A stretch of 64,000 nucleotides of DNA, from NCBI RefSeq assembly GCF_009914755.1, contig NC_060928.1. One strand, written 5' to 3'. A model generated the notes under the pieces. The model worked only from the letters and a program-made list of their open reading frames with translations. It was not told the origin of the DNA and searched no databases. Positions 53,296 through 64,000 of this stretch are shown in pieces. The position numbers and the translations under genes are program-made. The DNA comes from the human T2T-CHM13v2.0 reference genome, Homo sapiens. Positions within the stretch are counted from its first letter, which is position 1; each line of letters starts with the position of its first letter.

Positions 53296-55941
53296 AAAAT
53301 AGGCATGTCACAGGATACCAATTGAGATTTCTCTTTTAGTCCAGGAATTATAGCCGAGTTTTTTCAAAGATGAAGACGCAATGTAATAAATGTACCCCAT
53401 TGTATGTTCAAAGAACCTTCAGTGTTTGAGGCCAGCAATCTCATTAACACGCCTTGATGAGGAGCCAGTATAGAGACGCTGGTCTATAAGTAGCCACAAT
53501 ATATCCAGTTAATATAAAGCTAGGGCTAGAAGAGAGGAGAGATCAGCATTTAGGAAGGTGTCCGATTTCAGAGATGTGGCTAATTTCTCTCTTAATCATC
53601 CCCCAGGAAAATATCTTTATCCTCAAAGCTGAAGCCAAGAGGGTCTGGTGCCAAAAATCACTTAGAAAGCCTAGAGGTGTCTAAACCACGTTTACCTCCA
53701 CTGGGAACTGATTGTCTCTCCTTTGAGAATCATTGAATATGATCCAGTGCCTGAAGCTGCTGGCACTCATAGAAAGGATCAGCAGAGAGATGGCTGAGCC
53801 GAAACAGGAAACCACACAATGGAACAGCCTGCATTTCTTCCATGTGGGATGGCAAGTACATGTGCGTTTCATGTATTTGGACAGCACAGAAAGTGGCTGA
53901 CCTGGAGTCATGTGCTTGAATGGTAGATCTCACAACAAGTGGTTGTGGAATGGGGGTGGGCAGTGGAGGAAGTGGGCCCAGAGCCAGGTCCCCCATGGTA
54001 GGCAATTATGCTATGGAGAGAACCTGACAAGGGCCTCAGAAATATCTATACCTGTGCCCATCAGAGAGCCAGCAAATCAGTATCTGCCACATAGAGGACT
54101 CTTAACAGGTAACCATTGCCTGAGAAGCATCAAGTCTAGCAGTAAGAAAACCTTGCCCTCACCAGGGGCAAGCCCAGAATAAACCTCTGTCTCCCTACTC
54201 CTTCCTCTTTGCTGCCACAACTGAGGAATCAAAAGAAGAAAGGGCAGGACATGTGTGGGACTCACATTAGGCTTCCTCCCCACTGCACGTTGCTAGAGTC
54301 ACAGAAAGTCTAGCCCGTAGGGGGAAATGGTGGGAGGAGGTAGAAGAAAATAAAATCAGAAAAGAGACTCAAGGTTTAAAATAATTAAGATGGATTCCCA
54401 AGAACATGAGTGAGAGAAAAAAATTGGAGAAATCTACACGACTGGGCCAAAATATCATTAAAGCTTCAAGCAAGGGGGATTCAACACAAGAGCAGTGGTG
54501 GAGTGGGGTCGGGGCAGGCAGTGAACACAGGAGAAAAAAATTAAACCAGCTAAGCTTCCTTGAACCTTGATAAATAAATGGAACACCTTGATAGAATAAT
54601 GTATTCCCCATATTAATACTTTAAAAAGTCTCACATTTTATGAAGCAGTGCCAGGGGTGTGATGAGAGTGTGCATTTAGGATGGAGGGTCCAGTTGGAAG
54701 CAGGGCCCCAGGGTGGTACTAGTGGAAACATGTGAGCTGAGCCCTGAGCTGTGGAAGGGAGCCCTCTCCCCATGAAGTGCAGCAGCCCAGGCTGACAGAG
54801 GTCCATCTGCCTGTGTCTGTGGAGGTCTGAAGCTGGGGAGAACTTTCTGGATGCACTGGAGGAAGTAAATGAAGGTTTGTGTAGTCAGCACAGAGATTGG
54901 TAGTAGAAGTGAATGGCACAAGAGGTTGAAGGCAGAAAAACTGCAAGGACTCCCTCAAGTCAAAGCAGTTACTCAACTAGTCCCAAGGAAGAGATGAGAG
55001 GCTTGTGTTAGGCATGAGAAAGCAAGACATCACCCTTTTCCCTCTGCTTTTTCACTAACAGCTGCAGAGATAACTGACATTCTGCTCAGTCAAGTCAAAC
55101 TTTGGTGCATGTTTTTGGAGTCCTTCCTTGGCAGGTTTGAGAAAGTGGCTGTGTTCAATGAGAAAATTAATGGTACCTAGTACAGTGCCCTACACACTGA
55201 CTGGAAGAAGGTTGTCAAGTACCTGTAGGATTTCAGGGTATTTCAAATAGCTCTTCCAGTTGGCTCAGCCCCAGGGCTTCTTAGACCTAATTAACTTCTG
55301 GTCTTTTTCCTCCTCTCTGAACACACAGATCGCAGGGATTCAGCCTGTGGGCTATATCTTTTAGGAGCTGCCACCGCCTACTCTAGCCTTGTCTAAGCAG
55401 AAAGCACCCAGTACCTTCTTGTTCTTCTCTAAATTCTGAATGCTAGAGAGGCAATAGTTCAGTGCAGCAAGAAAACCTCAGCAGGATTTTCCAACATTGG
55501 ACTGAACAGTGGTGGCTGCCTCTCTTTTGACCTTCATTACAGTGTTTAAGTGGCAGGAAACAGAAAATACCACAATCCTAGGGCTGGTTCTCTTCCTCCT
55601 TCCTGAAGCGGTAGAGATCACATCTGTAATTTCCCTCACCTCCTGTTGGTCCAGAAATCTTGGCTCTGAAACACAGTTCAGCTACCTGCAGGGCAAAGTC
55701 TAGGCTCATCTCTAGCCAGCTGAACTAAATATGAATTCACTTGAGGATGATTTTCAGGAAACAACAGAAAAATGAATTCCATGCAATTCAGCAAATATGT
55801 GACAGTGCCTCCTTGAAGAGCCACACCCTGTTAATGTAATTCAATTTTATTTGTCAGTTACCAAGCAGGAGGCCAGAGAAAATCCAAATGATTAATTTAG
55901 AAGTGATGTGTGTGCCTTCTGGAAACGTTAGAAACACTTAC

Positions 55942-55992
55942 CCCAACTTCTGGCGGGGGATCCTTATGTTCTGGTAGGACACTGGTTCGAAC
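55942..55992 (-). CDS. INPP4B: INPP4B internal coding exon (51 nt, phase 0-0), VRTSVLPEHKDPPPEVG
   Basis: Minus strand reads ...ttttctccacag|GTT CGA ACC...GTT GGG|gtaagt. The 17 codons match the INPP4B N-terminal/C2 region as I recall it and splice in frame to the 46689-46768 exon. Confidence 0.95.
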
Positions 55993-56339
55993 CTGTGGAG
56001 AAAAACATTTTCTGTAAGACTTTGGAGTAGAAACTAGTGCAGAAGCCTCGCACAGGTGCTGGGTTTCAATTTCCTTCATCTCGCGTCAATTCAGACTCTG
56101 TGGTTAATCATTAATGAATTCACCTGTGTGCAACACCTGCGGCAGTGCAATGAAGCTGTGCTGTTACAGTTCCTGAACTTCCTGGACAGAGCTGCCTGGA
56201 ACCTCACTCCATCTACTTATCTAATACAGATATATCCAGGATTTAGGCAGATCTCTTTAATCTCCTAAAAAGGCAATCTTCATTCAACATTCAGGGACAG
56301 GAAAGAGCTGGTATAGAGAAAGCAATTCCATGCATGCAC

Positions 56340-56493
56340 AATGAGTGTTCCCAATACAAAGAAATGATAAATGTTTGAAATTATGGATATGCTAATTACC
56401 ATGATCTGATCACAATATATTACATGTATTGCAATGTCATTATGTACCTCCTAAGTATGTACAATTATGTGTCAATTTTTTTAATTAAAAAAT
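56340..56493 (+). mobile_element. L1MA 3' end fragment
   Basis: tgttcccaatacaaagaaatgataaatgtttg...atggatatgctaattacc...tatgtacaattatgtgtcaa. Confidence 0.8.
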
Positions 56494-58444
56494 GTTCTCT
56501 GAATGAGCGCCCACACTCATGCTTCTTATAGGATATCTTTCCCACTTGAGAATTCTGGGCCAAATTAACAGATATCATCATCTGAATTTACTGGAAAAGT
56601 AATTCTCAATTGTGGGAGGGGGAATAATGTCAAAGAACCGGTTATCTGGGCAAGCTTTCCAAAAAGGTGTTCTAGCTGAAACACTAACTCCTTATATAAT
56701 CAAGAGACATGTATCTTCAACTGAGTGGTGATTTTCAATCCTGGCTGTACATTAGAATCACCTGGGGACCCTTTCAAACTCTTGGTGCGCCTCCATGCCC
56801 CCAGATATTCTGCTTCCAATGTACAGCTACTGACTCTACAGTTCTCTTAAGAAAACACATTTCAAATAAAAAAAGTCATGATTACCTTTCTTGCTTCAGA
56901 AAAAGATAGGGAACATAAGAAAAAACAAGAAACATATCTAGTATGTCTTAATTTGAAATAAAGATGAGTTAAACAAGTTAAATGAATATAAAGCAATATA
57001 CAAGCACATCCTGTCTACTTGGAGAGAAAGGGGATTGGAGGGGAAGAATCAGGGAGCAACAGCCTAAAACACTTAAAGGATCAACATTTTAAGGGATCAT
57101 TTTAACAAAATCCCTTTATGCACACTTCTCTTCAAATCCCTTAAGTCTTGACATACCTGACCATACCAGGTCAATCCTCCCAGATTGAAGGGATGCCTCT
57201 AATACCCCTAATAATATTAAAAGACTTGAATCAGCTCCTCATGGCCTGCTAATCTTGAACACAGTTGCCAAGTCCTTGAAAAAAGCAGCAAGCTATAATA
57301 AAATGTGCATTTGAACTTCTAGCTTAATGCTTTTTATTTCTTTATGACAGATCCAGCACTATCGCTTGCACAATTTGTCAGTCATTATAACTCAAAATTG
57401 TTCATCCAAGCACAAAATAAATGACATGAGAGATCCCAATGGAGTAAACACAATTTGTAGAACACACTCAACTCTTCAACTCAGGACTGCATGACACAGC
57501 ACTTGCTGGCTAAGAGCATTAGAAGTTTGGTAGCTGCATTAACATTTTTTGGCCCAGATTACCATTCAGTCCATTATCTGAAAGTCATCAGCTGGCCTCA
57601 AAGGACAAGGAAACTATACGCAAATAGTGGTGGTGGACAATGTATTGTGTGTGCATGGATTATACATAGTATGTATAAATATGGTTTCTCCCTCTAACTC
57701 TGTATGTATATGTATAGTTTGTTATACTACATATATACATATTAGTATAAAGTGCTATACATATAATGAATACTCACAACATGCACCATATAATGCACAT
57801 ATGTGTACTATTATATACATTAATTTTTTAAAAAATTGACAGCCAAATAACATTTTCCAAAGATATACACTTAAATTTACAAATAAAGTGAAAAGAAAAA
57901 GTCAGAAATTGGTAAGATGGTCAATATACATAGAGTTGTATAAAGTATTTGATTTGGATCATAAATATTAATATAAAAGTATGTGTTTTAATATTGGACA
58001 AAGGTAGAAAATTTTTGACAATTAATATTCTTTATCCTATTAGTGATGTTATGGTACATAGGTTATAACAGTGATGCTTTTCTTATGTAAAATATACCCT
58101 CCATTGCAGTGAACACAAGCTAGGTAGCAAGCACTGGATGTGCCAGTGAATAATGCCCCAGTGTTTCTTGTTGAGACTTCAGAGGCTAGTGAGTGAGACA
58201 CATGTGTGAATAATTTAGCACAATGCAATAAGTGCTATAATAGAAATATGGGCATTTTCCTGTGGGCATTTAGAATGAAGAATAACTATTTTATCCTGTG
58301 AGTTTCAGGAAAGGCTTCACAAAAGAGGTGGTCTGGGTTTTGAAGGATGAGTAGGAGTTTTAGGCAAGGAAGGATATGATAAAACAAGCAGAGTTTTATG
58401 TAACAAGCATCTGTCATAGAGTTCAGGGGGAAGAGTAAGAGTTC

Positions 58445-59040
58445 AGGGGGAAGGGTGCAGGATTTGAAATATGGCAGATTATGTGGACCATCAACAAACT
58501 ACCAAAACCGCAGAGGAGCCCCTCGATCTTATCAGGCTCAGCCTAGATGAGCAAATTTACATGAAAATGGGAAATGACTGATGGCTTCAAGGCAGATTAC
58601 ATGCTTATGATCAACATTTAAATATGATGTTGGGAGATGTAGAAGAAACTGTGGCTACTATAGAAATTGATGAATAAACATACGAAGGGATATGTAAATC
58701 AATGAAACTGAGTATTCCAACGCGCATTATCCAGGGAGATGGTGTTGTCCTGGTTGTCCCTCCACTGAAAGTTGGCTGACACAAAGAATTTGTCCTGTAT
58801 GGAAAATAGGAGACTTTGTACAATTGCCTCTTTAAATGTACAAAGCATTTGAAAGAGAAACCTGCATACATTTTGATATTAAGAAATAATTCTGAGGATT
58901 TTTCCACTCTGGAAATGAATTGATTTGCAGATAACTCATGACTTCTTGAGCTAAATGTCACTTTTTCCTCCAACTCTTCCAATAAATATAATCACCAAGA
59001 TGCAAAAACCAAAACAAAAATGAACAAACAAACATAAACC
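58445..59040 (+). pseudogene. LSM3: Processed LSM3 pseudogene (full-length CDS 58471-58779, two premature stops)
   Basis: Translates to [71 protein letters not shown]...[14 protein letters not shown], i.e. 102 codons with no indels. Stops at 58579 and 58675, AATAAA at 58981, decayed A-tail, and flanks agagttcag/agagctcag resembling a TSD. Confidence 0.96.
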
Positions 59041-61045
59041 AGAGCTCAGTTGTGTTCAGGAAATAGTAAGTATTCTGTTGATGCTATTGGGGCCCTGCAG
59101 GAAATGGCAGGAGTTACATATGTTTGGGAAATTGGGGCCATTTACTGTAGAGGGCTGTCTCCCATGTTATAGAAGTGGAGTTTTATTCCACTGAAGTATG
59201 CCAGGCAATAGGATATGAGGGAAGGCATTGAATAGTAGAGTGGCATGATCAGAGCCCTTGACACATCCCAAATCTTCCCGAGTCACCTTGGAAAAATTAT
59301 TGAACCTCTTCATGCCAGTTGCCTTTCAGCCTTTGTGTCAGTTATTTAACATGGGGACAATAGACCCTACAGATTGTTGTATTTCATCCTTTTCAGCACT
59401 GCAAACAGTACGTGACCCAGAGAGAGAAGAACAAAGTGTGTGAGAAAGAAATGGGGGGAAGAGAGAAAATGAAGAGGAAAGAGGGGAGGAAAGAAAGAAG
59501 GAGTGGAAGGCAGAGGAAGGAAGGGAGGAGGACCATGAGACAGGGAGGAAGAGAGAGAAGGAGGAATATGTCACTAAAAAATACTAAGGCCTGAACTGAT
59601 TTAGATGAGACCTCTGGGTGAGGAAGGGATGAAGCAAAGGCTGTCACTGTAGCATTTGGAATATTCTGGTTCACCGACAATGTCATGCCTCCTGAGAATT
59701 TCAAGCCTTCCTTAGGAATTCATTTTCCCTTTTTTGGTCTTATCAGCAGTTCTTCTCTCTATTTTTCTTCACTATTCCCCTCCCTGTCCCTTCCTGGAAC
59801 ATAAGAATGTCTTCCTGACTACAAATTTAAAACATTCTTACAGCTTCCTTTTGTCTAGACTTTTATGATGTCAAATAAAGCAAGGCAGACCAATTAATGG
59901 TAGTGATCATGTAGAAAACCATGTTTCCTATTCCATCTTGAATATTTTTTAAGGTTCATCTAAAATAAATTTCCTGCTCTATCAACCCCAGAAGTTCAAA
60001 ATTAAACTAAATTTATCTTAAAAACAAAACCAGGTAGCATACAGTGGGTTATTCTCACTCTTTCATGGAATTCCTATAGACTACTTCACAAATCTTAATT
60101 GTTCCCAACAAGAGGCTGCTTCAGCTACCAATACAGCAGTGGAACATAGGACTTTAATGCTCATATTTATGCAAGACATACTCCTCAGACTAGTCAACCT
60201 TGTTACAATGAGCATGGGTATTGCTGTCCTGAGGGTGGGAGGACAGCGAGGACTGCTCCATTTTTTGCAGGTGAGTAGCTGAAAATCAGGCAATGGGGCT
60301 GCCTGAAATGCTAGGAGTCTGTTGGAGATCCAGACCCAGAGAAGGAAAAGGCCATGCTGTCCTGAGTCTGCACACTAGGCTGGCAGCACCTGGACCTCAT
60401 GCAAGTGCATCTGCTCATTGGTAGGTGAGGGAGAAGCATCCTCCCTCTGGACAGTTTCAGCTGGCAGGCAGAGGGAAAGACATTGGTTATAGTGGAGGAA
60501 CACCTCTCGGCAGGGATAGAGCCCAGATGCTCTTCCTAGAAAACTGTCACACCTGGAAATGTCTCTGATAATGAATGTGTCTCATTTCTTTAAAAGAAAA
60601 AAGAAAGTGTTACTCTAATTCTCTATGTACCTCAAATTAGAATATATCATCACATTTACTTGTTCTACTTGGAAGGAGACACATAAGTGTCTTAATAATC
60701 AAACATTAAAATTTGACTACAACAGAAATGTTTTGCCCTGCTTCACAGTATGAATTTTCTGGAAGGAAGCTACTCAACCAGGATTCCATATCCTAGGAAC
60801 CCTTGATCCCAGGTGCAGCCATGTAGCTAGTTCTCACCAATGAAATGTACATGCAAATGATGTTTGCTGGATTTTGCAAAAGTGAATATAGTACACTCTC
60901 TCCACTGTCTCATTCTTCTTCCAATGGCCATACATAAAGGAGTCCAGTCTTTACGTGGTGGCTGAGCTGCACCGGAGTCCCAAAATTACCACATGAAAGA
61001 AAGCCATCTGCCAACCATCACTACTGTAGTAGACTGTTAAATAAT

Positions 61046-61647
61046 TGTGTTAGCTTTCTACTGGTGTGTAACAAATTACCACAAACTTAGCTGCTTAAAA
61101 CAACATCCATTTATTTGTTCACGGCTCTGTAGGTTAGAAGTCCAGGCATGATATGGCTGGATTCTCCACTCAAATCTCACGAGGCTGAAATCAAGGTGTC
61201 AGCTGGCTGTGTCCTCATTTGGAGGCTTCACTGGAGAAAAATGTGCTTCAAAGCTCCCTCAGGCTGTTCTCAGAATTTAGTTTCTTGCAACTCTTGAACT
61301 GTGGTCTTCATTTTCTTGATGGCTGTTCACAGGAGGATGCTCTAAACTCCTGAGGCCACACACCAGCAGCCCTTGCCATGCTCCCTCCTCCATTAAATTC
61401 AGCAACAGAGAATCTCCTTGGCATCAAATCTTCTCTAACTTCTGTTTTTAGGAAGAACTCACCCTCTTTTAAAGGATTACCTGATTAGGTCAGGCTCTCC
61501 TCAGATGATCTCTCTTTCAACTAGGCTATATAATATGACCTAATCATGACAGTAAATGCTATCCTATCACAGTATTGAGGATTATGCAGGGATGCTACAC
61601 CATGGAGTGGTAATTTTGGGAACGATCTTAGAATTCCACCTACCACA
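61046..61647 (-). mobile_element. MLT1E-like LTR with 5-bp TSD, nested in an older MLT1 LTR (~60725-61715)
   Basis: TG...CA termini with ATAAT on both sides (61041-45, 61648-52). Host LTR resumes caagaaataaacttccatcgtgctaagacact. Confidence 0.85.
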
Positions 61648-61735
61648 ATAATCAAGAAATAAACTTCCATCGTGCTAAGACACTAAAATTTGGATGTTTA
61701 CATTTGTTTTGACAGAATAATTTAGATCCTCCGTT

Positions 61736-63123
61736 CTTTTTAATTTTAATAGGTTTTGGAAGAACATGTGGTGTTTGGTTACATGGATAATTTCTTTGGT
61801 GGTGATTTCCGAGATTTTGGTGCACCCATCACCTGAGCAGTGTACAGTGTGTCCAATGTGTAGCCTTTAATCCCTCACCCCACTCCCACCCTTCCCCAAG
61901 TCCCCAAAATCTACTTATCTTTCTTATGATTTTGTGTCCTCATAGCTTAGCTCCCATTTATAAGTGAGAAATACTATGTTTGGTTTTCCATTCCTGAGTT
62001 ACTTCACTTAGAATAATGGTCTGCACCTCCATCCACGTTGCTGTGAATGCCATTATTTGATTTCTTTTTATGGCTGACCACATTTTCTTTATCTACTCAT
62101 TGATTGATGGGCATTTGGGCTGGTTCTATATTTTTGCAATTATGAATTCTGCATTATAAACATGCATGTGCAAGTGTCTTTTTCATATGACTCCTTTTCC
62201 TCTGGGTAGATACCCAGTCGTGGGATTGCTGGATAAAATGGTAGATCTACTTTTAGTATGTTAAGGAATCTCTGCACTGTTTTCCATAGTGGTTGTACTA
62301 GTTTACATTCCCACCAGCAGTGTAAAAGTGTTCTCTTTTTACCACATCCACACCAACATCTATTATTTTTTTGATTTTTTAATTGTGGCCATTCCTGAAG
62401 GAGTAAGGTGACATCACATTGTAGTTTTGATTTGCATTTTCCTGATAATTAGTGATGTTGAGCACTTTTTCATAGGCTTGTTGGCCATTTATATTTCTTT
62501 TGAGAATTGTTTGTTTATGTCCTTAGCCCACTTTTTGATGGAATTATTTGCTTTTTTCTTGCTGACTTGAGTTCCTTGTAAATTCTAAATATTATCCCTT
62601 TGTCAGATGCATAGTTGGCAAAGATTTCCTCTTTTCTTTTGCTGTGAAGAAGCTCTTTAGTTTAATTAAATCCCATCTATTTCTCTCTGTTTTTGTTGCA
62701 TTTGCTTTTGGGTTCTTGGTCATGAATTATTTGCCTAAGTCAATGTCGAGAAGGGTTTTTCTAATGTTATCTTCTAGAATTTTTATGATTTCAGGTCTTA
62801 GATTTAAGTCTTTGATCCATCTTGAGTCGATTTGTGTATGAGGTCAGAGATAAGGATTCAGTTTCATTCTTTTACATGTGACTTGCCAATTGTTCCGGCA
62901 CCATTTGTTGAATAGAGTGTCCTTTCCCTACTTTATGTTTCCCTACTTTTGCCTGCTTTGTTGAAGATCAGTTGGCTGTAAGTATTTGACTTTATTTCTG
63001 GGTTCTCTATTCTGTTCCATTGTTCTATGTGCCTATTTTTATACCAGTACCATGCTGTTTTGGTGGTCATAGCCTTATAGTATAGTTTGAAGTTGGGTAA
63101 TGTAATGCCTCCAGATTTGTTCT
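61736..63123 (-). mobile_element. L1PB1-like 3' portion
   Basis: gagattttggtgcacccatcacctgagcagtgtac (antisense L1PB 3' UTR) running into antisense ORF2. Confidence 0.92.
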
Positions 63124-63637
63124 AATGAAATTTTGGATTTATTTAGTATATGGTTAAGAGAAAATAAAGCAACATAGCTAACATTAAATCTTCATTTACT
63201 ATTTTAAGGCCAGCAAACATGTATCAAGCACATATTATGATTCAGCCACTATTATAAGCACTGGCAATCTCAGAGAGTAAGAGATTAAGAAGACAAGGTA
63301 TATTTCGTTGATACGCAATAACAATGGCATGGTAAGAGTCAAACATCTAATAATAATTGCTAAGAATCTTCAGCTTTCTAAAATCTATCAGCTAGTCTTA
63401 GATAACGGTTTTCTAGTTGTTTAATTTTAATCTTGCATGGAGAAAATGATGCATGTACAAACCTAAATGATTTAGGTCACAGAATCTTAGAGATGCAAGG
63501 AATCTCTCAGTTAATCTAAAAAAAAAACTAGGCAATATGAAAATTATATCTGAAATATTCCTGGGAAGTACATTGAACATTTCTTCTTCAACATTTGGAA
63601 TTTCTAGCTTACTATCTCACAAATCAGTATCATAATG

Positions 63638-63935
63638 GTAGTGTTACAAACTCACATGCCCACAGGCTCCAGGTAGGTAAAATTAATGAAAGGAGTGGCC
63701 TGGGTGTTTGAGACAATAGGAATTGGAGAGGACTCTGGCAAAATGGAATCACATTTCTAGTCTATAAGAAGTGACAACTACCCAGCTTCAACGGATTGAA
63801 AAAATTCTGAGAAATATTCCTTCAAATATTAACAATGGGTAAATATTAATTCTTTTGAAAGTGGGCTATTATTACCATATGCTGATTTTTACCAGAAACA
63901 TGCTTTGTAACTAAGGTGAGTGGGCCAAAGCAAGC
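63638..63935. mobile_element. hAT-Charlie relic (MER102-like)
   Basis: caaactcacatgcccacaggctccaggtaggtaa resembles the MER102 terminus as I recall it. Confidence 0.45.
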
Positions 63936-64000
63936 CCACTACTATTTTAGTAAAATTAGTTTTTAAAATGTGCTACCCTAAAACAGTTGTTATTAACCTT

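Noticed and set aside
58611-58982. 123-aa minus-strand ORF
   Set aside because: Antisense shadow of the LSM3 pseudogene with no recognisable protein.
59420-59565. R/E/G-rich ORFs over a GA-rich tract
   Set aside because: Low-complexity polypurine sequence; open frames reflect base composition.
60258-60277. Recursive-splice-like motif ttttttgcag|gtgagt
   Set aside because: It is on the plus strand, opposite to INPP4B transcription, and no plus-strand transcript is evident.

Overview
Primate (human-like) genomic DNA that is almost entirely intronic. Four short minus-strand exons (55942-55992, 46689-46768, 11885-11996, 1686-1758) have canonical GT-AG ends and compatible phases. They splice into one reading frame ([105 protein letters not shown]) that I recognise from memory as the C2-domain region of INPP4B (inositol polyphosphate 4-phosphatase type II). 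The gene runs off both ends of the window. The introns hold two processed pseudogenes (RPL5, minus; LSM3, plus) and many Alu, L1, L2, MIR, MaLR/ERV1 LTR and DNA-transposon relics. Repeat subfamily names are by eye and approximate. I found no convincing novel multi-gene system. The best leads are (i) candidate alternative INPP4B exons at 46931-46971 and 49230-49334 that could give an N-terminally truncated or poisoned isoform, one with an overlapping stop/start (AUGA), and (ii) a 190-bp nested palindrome/duplication at 26575-26762 whose hairpin loop is preserved in both orientations. Most ORFs in the supplied track are spurious repeat-derived frames.
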